A stretch of DNA of 64,000 nt from Azolla caroliniana. Taxonomy: Eukaryota > Plantae > Polypodiophyta. Every line of letters begins with the position of its first letter. Position 1 is the stretch's first letter. The position numbers were made by a program, and so were the translations under genes. The stretch is taken from positions 2,108,001 to 2,172,000 of the forward strand of contig JBHGNT010000015.1 in NCBI GenBank assembly GCA_043228905.1, given 5' to 3'. Below the pieces are notes generated by a model. The model ran no database searches. It was not told the DNA's origin and saw only the letters and a program-made list of their open reading frames with translations. Below are positions 41,056 through 52,615 of this stretch, piece by piece.

Positions 41056-41405
41056 CGTGGGGGGAGGGGGGGAGGGTCAACGGGGTGAGATTCGCAAGCT
41101 ACGGTGATTGGGCACTCTATGGTATGGTGGGGAGCTAGGAGAGCGGGAGGAGCGAAGAGAGAAAGGAGGGTTGAAAGCGGAGGTCTGTTTCATGTGATGT
41201 GCAGAAAACCATCTGCAACCTTCTTTTTGTTCCCTAGGGTTTATTGGCTTGTGTGACATCGTGGTGCCGCGTGTTCTTGATCTTGAAGTTTGTGCATGCA
41301 TAAAAGCCCTTTTTAATAGTTGACATTCTTTTTTTTTTCTTTTTTTTAAATGGTACATTACAATATTACTGTTACACTATATTACCAGTGTGTCCAAGAT
41401 ATTAA

Positions 41406-44400
41406 TTAATTGGGGGACCCTTTAACCACGTCATCTGCGGCGTGAAACGGGTTTGGTGGCGTAGGTCCTAGATAAGGTTTCAACCTGAATCCATTCACTT
41501 TTCGGTGTAGTATCTCTCCAGCGACGGTCCCTAATTGGAAAGTGCCTTTTTCCGCTCCAACTATCCAGTATGGTCCCATCCAGCGAAACCGCAACTTTCC
41601 TTACATTCAACCCATGTGTGTTTGAAAGACCAACACAACCTTCCCGGCTGCAAAGTCCTTCTCCCGTGTGACCCGATGTCGATCGACAAATGGTTTACGC
41701 CGTCTCTGTTCCTACTCAAGTATGGCCATACTACGTACTTGAGCCTTGCCTAATTCAAGGAGTTGTTGTAACCGTACTTGTTCGGACTGGCCTTCTGTTA
41801 GTCATTCGCATACTTGAATCCACAGACTGGGCACTTGAAATTCGATGGGCATTACGGCTTCTAACCCAAATGCCAACCGGAACGATGTAGACTGTATGCT
41901 AGTCTTGTAACTGGTCTAATACGCCCACAAGGCGCTGTGCAATTTAGTATCCCAGTCCGTTCTATTCTCATTCATGATCTTCTTCAGTATCGTCTGCAAG
42001 GTTTTGTTCGTAGACTCTGCTAGTCCATTCGCCTGTGGATAGTATGGCGTGCTTTTCGTATGAACGACGGCGTAATAATGTGTGAGCTCATGGACGACTG
42101 AATTCAGAAAGTGGCTCCCTTGATCACTGATGAGCTTGATGGGGTAGCCAAAATGGCACCAGATGTATTCATATAGAAATTTCGTCGTGGATGTCGCCGT
42201 GTTGTTCTGTAGCGCCTTTGCCTCCACCCACTTAGTACAATAGTCTGTGGCTACTAGAATATATCTATTGCCTATTCGTGCTACAGTCGGTGTAAAAGGA
42301 CCGACAAAATCAAGACCCCAATTCTAGAATGGGTCCAGCGGCAGAACGAGTTGGTGTGGCATCCTCGCACTCTCTATGGGCTGACCCAATCGATTACATA
42401 GATCGCACTGCCTGTAGTAGAGGTGCACGTCTTTTTGCGTGGTGGGCCACCATAGACCTACTTGGCATATTTTTATGGCCGTAACATCCCATGCATAGTG
42501 CTCCTCTACCATACCATAGTGAGCTTCGTGCAAGACGGCTTCCTTCTCATCCTGGCGTATCCCGCATCGCTAGATTCCATCGCTACCCTTGTGATAAAGG
42601 ACTCCTTCGACCAGGCAAAAGTTACGGCTACGGACAACCAATCGCTTCTTTTCGTCCATCCTTAGTTGCGGTGGTGGTAATCCCGTGGTTAGAATGTACG
42701 TCATTTCCATCAGCCAGTGATCCGGAAAATTTTGCTCTTCCTGTGACGCTATCGTTGCAACCCGTAGAATGTCAGCGTCAGGAAAGTCGTCATCACCCTT
42801 CCGCGCATTTTCCTCGTTATCCGTTCTACTTAAAAAATCCGCTACTACGTGTTGCGTACCTGGTCGATGCTAGATTACGAAGTTGAACTCCTGGAGCAAC
42901 AACATCCATCTGGCTAGCTTCCCTGTCAGTCCCTGTTTTTCCACCAAGTTCAATAACACCGCGTGATCTACGTGAAACGTAAATTTTCATCCTAGTAAGT
43001 AATGCCTGAATTTCTTGATGTTGTATATCATTCCCAACGCCTCCCATTCTGTTGTGGAGTAATTTCGTTCGGCAGTAGATAGCTTACGGCTAGCGTAATA
43101 GACTGATCTGTACCAATTCGGTTTCGTGAGCTGCATCAACGCGCTGCCTATTGCAATATCTGAAGCATCCACAAAGACAAGGAATGGTTTTGCCCAATCT
43201 GGTGGTTGTATGACCGGTGCTTGAGTTAACATTATTTTGAGTGCGTCGTACGCTTTTTCTTCAATTGGCGTCCACTTGAAGGGTGTGCGATGCACGACAG
43301 CATGTAACGGGGTAGCGAAATCCGCCAAATAACATAACATACGGCTATGACAACGTATTTGCCCGAGAAAACGGCTGAGTGCTTTGGCAGTAGTCGGATT
43401 TTTTGCTTCGATGATCACTATAATTTTGTTAGGATCCATTGCAATCCCCTCTTTGCTTACGATGTAGCCAAGGAGGGCTCCACTAGTAATGCCAAATGTG
43501 CACTTTGTTGGGTTCAAACTTAGGCATGAAGTACGACAACATTCCAAATAGAGTCAGAGGTGGGCCAAATGTTCAGCTCCTGTTCCATATGCCGCAAAAT
43601 CATTAGGGAAAACTTGCATTAAGGCAGGTATATACTCCCCAAAAATCTTTGTGATCGTTCGTTGGAAAGTTGTTGGCGCCGTTTTTAGCCCAAACATCAT
43701 TACCACTGTGACGTAAACTCCCAATCCGTGACGAAGGCAGTCTTGTCTTGGTCGTCAGGATGCATGCGTACCTGATTGTACCCGCTGAAGCCGTCTAAAA
43801 ACTGTACATGTCAAAGCCTGTGACCGCATCTAGTACGATGTTAGTAAAGGGTAAGGGAAACACATCCGTGATTGTCATGGCATTTAACTTGCGATAATCT
43901 ATGCAAACGCAGATTTTGCCATTTTTCTTTGGCACTACAACTATCGCACTTAGCCACGTAGCTTGCTTTACCGGTCAGATACATCATGTTATGAGAAGTT
44001 TGTCAATTTCCTCTTTCACGCAAGCCGCATAATTCGGGTTCATTGGGTACCGCTGCTGTTGTACAGGTTTCCCGTCGGTGGCTAAGTTGATCTTGTGCTA
44101 ATAAAACTTTGGGTCTAACCCCTTCATATCTTCATGGGACCATGCAAAGACATCCTTGTATTCTTTGAGCAGTGCTATCATTGCCTCCTTCTGACTTGGG
44201 AGTAAGTTTTTCGCAATCGAGAGTAATCGAGGATTCACTGTTGTTCCAACATTGACTTCTTCTAATGTTGAGGCGGTGACATGCCGCGAGATTTCCATTT
44301 CCCGTTCGAACATAGCACGTGCTCTACTTAACTCGATCGATTCTGGGTCTAGTTCATATGCCTCCTCCTTAAGCGCAGTAGTGGGGGCATATTCCGCGGC

Positions 44401-44500
44401 AGTTTCCATTATGTCAATTTCGAATAATGGGACGACCCGTGGGTGATCATCAAGGTACGCTTCCAGCTCCATATCCTCCACTCCTTCTAGCATATTTATG
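41406..44500 (-). pseudogene. Gypsy pol (RT-RNase H-integrase), degenerate
   Basis: ORFs 44098-44493, 42987-43547, 42324-42533, 41916-42227 ([10 protein letters not shown]) and 41406-41594. Confidence 0.9.
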
Positions 44501-44635
44501 TCTTCCGTGTATAATGATGTTAAGCCCTTAGTGAGTGGTGCCGTTTCCTGGGTGGTTATGCGGATTTTGCTCTATCCTCATCGGAAACTAATGCAATTAT
44601 GCTGCCAATTTTGTTATATGTTCGCCAAGTGTAAC

Positions 44636-45605
44636 CATGGGACCTTGTTCACGCACCGAAGGGTGTGAAGCAGATTGGATGTAGGTGGGTGTACAAGGTC
44701 AAATATAACACGGACAACTCTGTCAACCTATATAAGGCCCGATTAGTTGCGAAAGGCTACACGTAGCACGGTGTGGATTACAATGAGACCTTCGCGCCGG
44801 TCGCGAAGATGACTACTGTGTGTGTACATGGTACAACCCCCCGAATTTCTATCCAAACAGAACACTTCGGCAGTTTTCCGACTAAAGAAGTCACTTTACA
44901 AACTCAAGCAAGCCCCGCGAGCTTGGAACACAAAGATTACACAACGGTTGGGGAAGCTGGGGTTTTCGACATCGAAGTTTGACTCTTCATTATTTGTTTG
45001 GCAAGGTCAACACAACTCACTAAGCCTTCTGTTATATGTTGATGATTTAATCATTGCCGGTGCCGACCTGAACGAAATCCGCCATGTAAAGTCTCAACTT
45101 GCGGCATCATTTGAAATGAAGGATCTTGGAGACCTTCATTACTTCCTCGGGATCGAAGTGATCTGTACCCCCGAAGGCATGTTGATCAGCCAACGTCATT
45201 ACACGCTGAATATGCTCTTCAAGTTTGGGATGGCAAACTGTAAGCCCATATCGACCCCTCTTGATAGAAATGCAAAGCTTTGCCAAGATTCGGGAAAGGC
45301 ATGTGACCCGACACGGTTTCGACAGATTGTCGGAAGCCTCATCTATTTGACGATTACTCGGCCCCATCTTAGCTACCCGGTCGGCTTAATCAGTCAATTT
45401 ATGTCGCAACCTATGGCCGAACACTTTCAATGCGCGCAAAGGATATTGTGATATGTAAGTTGCATGAAAGATATGGCGTTGCTATATCGAGTAGGTGTAG
45501 CCGAACAATTAGTTGGCTACACGGATTTCGATTGACCCGGAAATGCTCACAATCGTAGATCCACATCTGGATATGCATTCTCACTAGGAAGTTCAACGAT
45601 CACGT
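44636..45605 (+). pseudogene. Copia RT fragment (Copia C)
   Basis: WDLV..CRWVYKVK, LKKSLYKLKQAPRAW, LLLYVDDLI, MKDLGDLHYFLGIEV; abuts the Gypsy without an LTR (deletion junction). Confidence 0.92.
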
Positions 45606-46301
45606 TGTTGTGAAGAAAACCGTCCCTAGGTGGAAACCGAGTTCAGCGTGTGTAAACCGGCCCTTACATGCGAGCACACTTTTCGTTGTATAGAAAGTAG
45701 GTAGGTACGAGTCGGCTGAGGTGAAATCCTAGGTAGCACGCATTCAAGAGGGAGAGAATCGAGGTGTATCTCTGTCCGAAAGGACAAAGAATTAATGTGA
45801 TGTAACGGATGATAACGACCTCCCTCCTTGAGCTACAAAAGAGAGGGAGAGGAAGGAAAAATGGATCGCGCGTTAGAGAGGAAGAAGTGTTGCCGGACTG
45901 AGACCGAGCTCTTCTCCTTTGCCTCTCAATAGCCATTTTGCGCAGGTTTTCGGGAGGCTAACTCTACTCCGTGGAACGCCCGTGTGCTTCCGGCAGAGTC
46001 TCCATCTCGCTCTTCTGTCTGCGTGTGAGTGAACAGGCGTCGGCTTTCGCCTCGCCGGCCTGTTAGTTGTAACCGTCTTGATATATATATATATCTATAT
46101 ACATACGCGTTAGGTTACTCAGACTTCTAGTCGTCTCGTTTTGCTGTGTTGTTGGACTGTGATTCTTGTGTGCTCCCGTATCTGTGCGTGTGCAAGTGCG
46201 TCCGTTGCCTTTCCGTTCTCCTCCTTCTCAGCTATTTCTCGGTTCAAGACCCTGGTGTCCCGCCTCGTTCTCCACACACGCGTGTAATAACGCGACATCT
46301 T

Positions 46302-46319
46302 TGGTGAACCCGACGTGAA
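46302..46319 (+). promoter_or_regulatory. PBS TGGTGAACCCGACGTGAA, complementary to plant tRNA-Trp 3' end (also 47381-47398 + and 56495-56512 -)
   Basis: Identical 18-mer 4 nt inside three LTRs; reverse complement of the recalled tRNA-Trp(CCA) end ..TTCACGTCGGGTTCACCA. Confidence 0.85.
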
Positions 46320-47393
46320 CAGGCGACTTTCGGCGCTCGACCGGACCGTACTAGACACAAGTTGCGTCTTGCTATTCGTTAAGTCGGTGGATGCGAGGGA
46401 CCGGGAGCAAGTGGGTCTCCTGCTGGAGACTGATGACGGGCTGACGGCCGACTGGACCGTGATGAAGAGGGTCTGTGGCCGTTTCGACAAACGGCGAGAG
46501 TGGGTCGATAAAGGATCAACAAGCGCGGGCTCTGTAGCAGCAAGGAAACTTGAGCCGACCACGCCAGCGCAAAGGGAAGAGACTTGAGACTGGCTCGAGA
46601 CTGGATCGACTTCGACCGGCATGGTCAAAGGTTCGTCCGGAGGAGCAGCTCTAGAGGAGCTAACTAGGATGGTAAAGGCCCTCCAGATTGCACAGGCACG
46701 GAGGGATGGTGGCAAACAAGCCCGTTGTCGTGAAGAAAACCGTCCCTTAGAGCAATCGGTGCATAGCGCGCGTGAACTGGCTCTTCACACGTGCGCGCCC
46801 CTTAATGTATATAATAGGGAATTAAGTACAAAGGCATATCCTAGGTAGTTAGATTCGGTACGTAGGAAGTTAATGGGGGAAACGACTCCCTTCTTGAAGC
46901 TATAAAAGAGAGGGAGAGGCGGGGGGAGAGGGGAATCGCGCATTGAGGAGGACGAAGTGCTGTCGGACCGGAACCGAGCGCTTCTCCTCTATTTGTTCTC
47001 TATTGCTCTTCTCTGCAGGTTTTCGGGAGGCTCGCGCTGCTTCGAGGAACGCCCGTGTGCTTCCGGCAGCACCTCCATCCTATCTTCTTTCGTGCGCAGA
47101 CGAACAGGCATCGACATCTGTTCGCCAGCCTGTTCGGTTGTAACTGCTCGCGTGCTCTGTTGTTTTGTGTCATTTGTTAATATACAAACATTCGTGTCTC
47201 TCTGTCTCTGTGTCCATTCGTGTTTTCTGCGTTGACGGGCCGTGTCCCTGTGTTTCTTTGCTCACACGTAACCGGTCGTCTCTCTCTTTCTCTCTCCCCT
47301 CCTATCACCTGCTCTTCGGTTCAAGACCCTGGTGGTCCCGCCTCGTTTCTCCACGCACGCGCGTAGCAACGCGACATCTTTGGTGAACCCGAC

Positions 47394-49537
47394 GTGAACA
47401 AGGCGGCAAAGGAGCAGAAGATGAGGGGGTCGGATCTTGCAGAGGCCATGGCTTCGGCCGTGGACCGGATAGTGAGCACGCGCGAGGGTACCGTCACCCT
47501 TGACAGGGCTATTGAGGCAATCGTCGGTATGATCGGCCGGTTCAGTGGAAAGGATGCCACGAGTTATTTGGCGTCCTACCGGGTGGAGATGTTGATGAGG
47601 GATATTCCGGAAGAGAGGCGTCTTGCCGGATTCCCTCGAGTGGCGATGCCGGGCATCCATGCGGAGGTGCTCGAGGTCTGGGCAGAGAGCCGGACCTGGG
47701 AGGAGTTCGAAGGACGGCTCCTGGAGAAATACGAGCTGGATGACGCGCTTCGACTTTCGAAGCGGCGCTTCATGGAGTGGGTGGAGTCCCCCAACAAAGG
47801 AAGAAATGCGTCGATACTCCTCCGGGAGTTTGAGGAACGCTTTGTGTGCCTTTCGGCGCTCGACAGGACCGTTCTGGACACAAGTCGTGTCCTACTGTTT
47901 GTCAAATCGGCTGACGCACGGGATCGGGGGCAAGTGGGCTCCTTACTGGAAACCAAAGACGTGTTGACGGCCGACTGGGCCGCGGTAAAAAGAGTCTGCG
48001 GCCGTTTTGACAAATGGTGGGAGTGGGCTGATACAGGGGCGACCGGGGTGGGACCTGTCGCAGCAAGGAAGCTCGAACCGATACCACAGGCGCGAAGGGA
48101 AGAGACCTGGGAGTGGCTCGAAACTGGTTTGGCTTCGACCGGCGTAGTCAGAGGCTCGTCCGGGGGAACAGCTTTGGAGGAGTTGACACGAGCGGTAAAG
48201 GATCTCCAGATCACCCAGGCTCGAAAGGAAGGCGGCGATCAGGCTCGTGACCGACGGCCTCCGGCAGGAAATAGGTGCATGTGGTGCGACGAGGTCGACC
48301 ACATCCGGAAAGACTGCCGGAGGCTTTGAGAAGCCGGGCAGTGTACCTGTGGGAAGGTCGGGTGCACGCCAGTGATACCCGGAGGGCCCTGAACTGAAAT
48401 GAGGGGCGAGGAGGAATGAAAAGGCTGATGGAAGAGGCGGCGGCCCGGCACGCGGAGACCGTCCACTACTCAGTGTCAGCCGGTATTCGGGTCGGAGGCA
48501 GTGAAGCCCGGAAGGAGAGCAAAGCCGGGTTCTGGCCGACGGTGTTGGAAGGCCTCGCCGGTGCCCGACTAAAGAGAGACGAGGCGGACCGTGCAGAGAA
48601 ACGGGTCCAGGAGGTAACCGGGTGGAGTGACCCGGTCGAAGAAAAGACGGGTTTCGTCGAAGCAGCTTGCCAGAACTACGAGGCTCTGGTTGAAGACAAA
48701 CGGGTAGGTAAAACCAGAGGGGCCAGACCCTCGCAGAGATACGAAACCCGATTCGGGCCGAAACGGAACGAGGCTGGTGAGTCCAGTGCCCAGGATAACC
48801 ACAAGAAGGGCGGATACCGTTTGGGCACGGAGATCGAAAGGACCACGGACCTACGAAAGGTCCTAGAAGAACGAATCCTTGACAGCAAAGTGGAACTGTC
48901 GTTGCGGGAGGTGCTCGGAATCGCCAAGAAGGAGTTCCACGACTCCATCGTGGACTTGGTGAAGAGGAAGAGGCTGTCGATGGAGACAGAACCGGAAAGG
49001 CTGGTGGAGGTGCGGACGGCACACATAGAGGACATGGCGGTGGAAGACGAGTGGGCGGAGAGCCACTATTCAAGGCCACAGTGGGCCCGGGCGACCACGG
49101 AAACCCCGGTGAAGATCGGAGATGTTCAGGAACCGGTGGTGGCGTTGGTGGACCACGGTTCGGAAATAAACCTGATGTCCATGGACTTCTACAAGAAGGG
49201 GAAATGGCCGATCAACACTAAGCACGGGTGGAAGATACGGGCGGCGACGCACGCCACCGAGGAACTACACGGGGCCTGACCAAATGTGCGAGTCAAGATC
49301 GGCGACGTCGAGATAGACCAACACTTCTTTGTGCAGGAGACGTCCTCGCACCCGGTCATACTGGGAGAACCGTACATTACGGCAGTGCGAATGGAGACCA
49401 AGGTGCTGGACAACGGGTCGGCTTACGCGAGGGTCAAGAGTCAGGACGGGCGTCAATCGGTCCAGTTCTTGATGGTGCGACCGAACCACGAGCGAAACCG
49501 CGAGTCCCTCGGTGGCGAGAACCGAGAGGATTTTTAG
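47394..49537 (+). pseudogene. Gypsy E gag-protease
   Basis: Gag with CMWCDEVDHIRKDC knuckle; protease ALVDHGSEINLM..ILGEPY; ends ENREDF*; one 10-nt deletion and two point stops. Confidence 0.88.
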
Positions 49538-49593
49538 AGAGGGCTGCCAAGGCGTGGGGCCGCGACAGTACGGACATTCCGGGAAAACCCCAC
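49528..49593 (+). promoter_or_regulatory. Predicted -1 ribosomal frameshift signal (G GAU UUU plus pseudoknot)
   Basis: Heptamer 49528-49534 just before the UAG; Pol is in the -1 frame; 6-nt spacer; loop GTGGGG (49554) pairs with CCCCAC (49588); conserved in G at 61445-61510. Confidence 0.7.
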
Positions 49594-52357
49594 AAATGTA
49601 CGATAGAGGCGAAACTGAAGAAACCTTGTACCATAAGTAGGAAGTTTTGTTTCTCCGACAACGGAGGGTGTACGATAGTCGGCATCGTTGGCCGAGAAAA
49701 GACAAGGGCGGAAGAGCGACTTTGGGTGTGCGGAGTTCTCGGGCCCAGCGAGGAAATCAACGGTGCCGTGGAGGCGGTCTCCTTCGACGACACCTTGGGA
49801 ATACTGCGAGAGGTGGCCGTAGAGGGCCTTAAAGAGGACCGGACGATACCGGTTTGTTCAGAAGAGATGTACGAAGTCATCGCGGACTTCAGTCGAGGGC
49901 TCGAGTTGGATCGGACGGCCCGGGTTAACACGAAGTACAAGACTGTGGACCGGAAGGTAAGGCCAGTCGCGGCACCCTTACCGGAGGGCAGCGAGTTGCG
50001 AATCAAGGGGGTCGCGTCAGACCCCAGTTTACGAGATCCGGCCTGCATAGGACACACCTTCACTGATAGAACGCTACGGGAGCTCAAAGTTGGTGGGGGC
50101 GGGTTCCTACTGCCGGCGGAAGAAGACCGGTTTCGGAGAATACTCGAAAGGCACGGGAAAGCCTTCGCATTCTCACCGGAAGAGATCAGGCGCGTAGACC
50201 CGACAGTCGTGAAGCCGATGGTGATATTCACGGTACCGCATGTGCCGTGGAATCTCAAACCAATTCCGGTACCGAGAGCTCTCATCCCGGAGCTGATGGA
50301 GCTGTTGAGGTAGAAAGTCGATATGGGCATCCTCGAACCATCGAGTGCCCCGTACTCGAACCGGTGGTTTACCGTACCAAAGAAGAACGGGACGTTGCGC
50401 TTCATTCAAGACCTGCAACCGGTCAACAGAGTGACCATTCGGAACGCAGGAATCAGACCAACAATAGACGAGTTTGCGGAGGCCTTCGCCGGAAGGTCGA
50501 TCTACTCGATCAGTGATCTGTACTCGGGGTACGATCAATTCCAACTAGCCGTAGAGAGCAAAGACATTACGACGATGCGGACTCCTCTCGGCCTAGTGCG
50601 GATGTGTACCCTGCCACAAGGAGGGACGAACTCGGTGGCTCACATGGTGAATGCGATGAACAACGTGCTTAGGGATTGTATCCCGGACATCACCATGCCA
50701 TTCTTGGACGACATCCCGATCAAGGGATGTCCGGTGGAGGAAAAGGACGAAACGATCGGACCGGACGGATGCCGGAGATTCGTGGCGACACACATTGACG
50801 ACTACGAGAGGGTGCTGCAGAGGCTAGAGGACGCGAGGCTAACCTTCTCCGGGGAGAAATCGGCCTTCGGGCAATCAGAGATCATGGTCGTCGGACATCT
50901 ATGCGGACCGTATGGCCGGAAACCGTCTCCGGCTAAGGTGGAAGCCATCTCCGCAATGAAGCCCGACTGTTACTCGGTCACGGAGGTACGGAGTTTCTTA
51001 GGAGCATGCGCGTTCTACCACATATGGATCCCGCAGTACGCCCACGTTGCCGAGCCGCTATACGTGTTGCTAAAAAGGGGGCGAAAATTCGAGTTGCGAG
51101 ACGAGCATACGGAGTCGGTCCGAAAGATGAAGGAGGCTCTTGCTGCAGCTCCGGCACTCCGGAAGGCTGTCTATGAGAAAGGCACTCCCATCTACATAAC
51201 GGTAGATACAAGTCCGACTGGGATCGGATGGGTCATCAACAAGGAAGATGAGGACGGTATTCGGTTCCCAATCCGGTTCGGCGCGAAGGTCCTCAGCGAG
51301 CGACAACGAGGATACGCCCAGGTTAAACGCGAACTCTGGGGTATCGTTTCGGCGGTGAAGGCCGATAAAGACTATCTGATCGGGACAGAGGTGATTATCG
51401 AGACAGACTGCCTGCCGATTCTCGGCATGGTTTCCGGATGCGCAACCCCGGACCTGGCAATGCTCAGGTGGATGGCGTACATGAAGTCCCTGGATCCGGA
51501 AATACGACACATTTCCAGGAAAGACAATGCCATGCCCGACATGCTTTCGAGGGCGCGATTCGACGACGAGGACGGCATGGTTTCGGAGGACGAGGAAGTC
51601 GCCGTAGACTTCTTCGAGGCGCCCTACGTAACAACCGAGGGAGGGAGCACTCCGGCGCTTAAAGATTTCGACGAGGGCAAGTACAATGGGGAGTGGCTGC
51701 AGATTGGGGGATTCTTAAGGACGATGACGCCGGACGCGTCATGGACAAAGGACGAGGCCAACCGGATCTGGAACAAAGCGTACCGATTCTTTCTCCGGAA
51801 CGGATACTTGTGGAAGCACCCGAAGAAGAGAAATGGCATCCCGCTCCGAGTAGTGGCGATGGAGGAGGAACAGGAGGAGTTGCTGGAGGCTGGAGGACGT
51901 GGAACAAGTGGCGGAGAGACTTCCGACGGCGAGGATGCAGAACAAAGCCCGGTTCGACCGAACGCACCGGCTCCGACCAAAGAAAATCGAGGAAGGCGAC
52001 TGGGTGCTAGTCTACCACAGCAGCCTCCACAACCAACACCGGGCAACACGGAAGTTTGCAAAGCGGTGGTTCGGGCCTTACGTGGTAACAAGCGCCAACG
52101 ACAACGGGACGTATCATCTGGCGGAACTCGACGATACGAGGATGGCGATACCGGTAGCAGGGAAGCGGATCAAAGCGTTCAAAAAGCGCCACGACGGCGA
52201 ACTAGATCTAAGAGGCCTGGACAGCGACGACGAACAGTCCGAAACGGAGGACGAACCGATGAACGAGGAACCGGAACCCGGACCGGTTTTCTCCAACCAG
52301 AACCCAATTTTGGCACATACCGGTGGATGCGCGGTTAGGTGGGGGCGGATGTCATGA
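49528..52357 (+). pseudogene. Gypsy E pol (RT, RNase H, integrase C-terminus; integrase core deleted)
   Basis: DLYSGYDQ, LPQG, PFLDDI, ITVDTS, WFGPYVV; point stop at 50311; deletion at ~51890. Confidence 0.92.
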
Positions 52358-52395
52358 AGAAAACCGTCCCTTAGAGCAATCCGTGCATAGCGCGC

Positions 52396-52567
52396 TGTCG
52401 CGTTGTTACGCGCGTGCGTGGAGAAAGGCGGGACTACGGGGGTCTTGGACTAGGGAGCGACGGAGCGTAGGAAGCCGCACTTCACCATTTCTGGGCACCC
52501 CTGAAACGAACCGGAAGCAGCCGAAGGGAGAGAGGGAGTGAGAGAGCGTGCTTGACACCGACTCACG

Positions 52568-52615
<48 letters not shown>

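Larger units (their letters stand above)
36969..44635 (-). mobile_element. Degenerate non-chromovirus-like Ty3/Gypsy (5' end lost) with extra 3' ORF
   Basis: 3' LTR 36969-37362 (TGTTGTC..GACAACA). RT FLDGFSGYNQ..DKTAF, RNase H VFVDASDIAIG, integrase H2C2/rve and WMGPYW at 41406-44500. Confidence 0.88.

Noticed and set aside
46302-46319. tRNA-Trp gene
   Set aside because: Only the 18-nt complement of the tRNA 3' end next to LTRs, so a PBS; no cloverleaf.
47576-50405. Long antisense ORFs over Gypsy E (and over G at 60780-61604)
   Set aside because: Shadow ORFs of GC-rich coding sequence with no domain motifs.
51890-52338. Novel C-terminal extension of the 671-aa Pol ORF
   Set aside because: Out-of-frame read-through after the integrase deletion; the real C-terminus is ORF 51899-52357.
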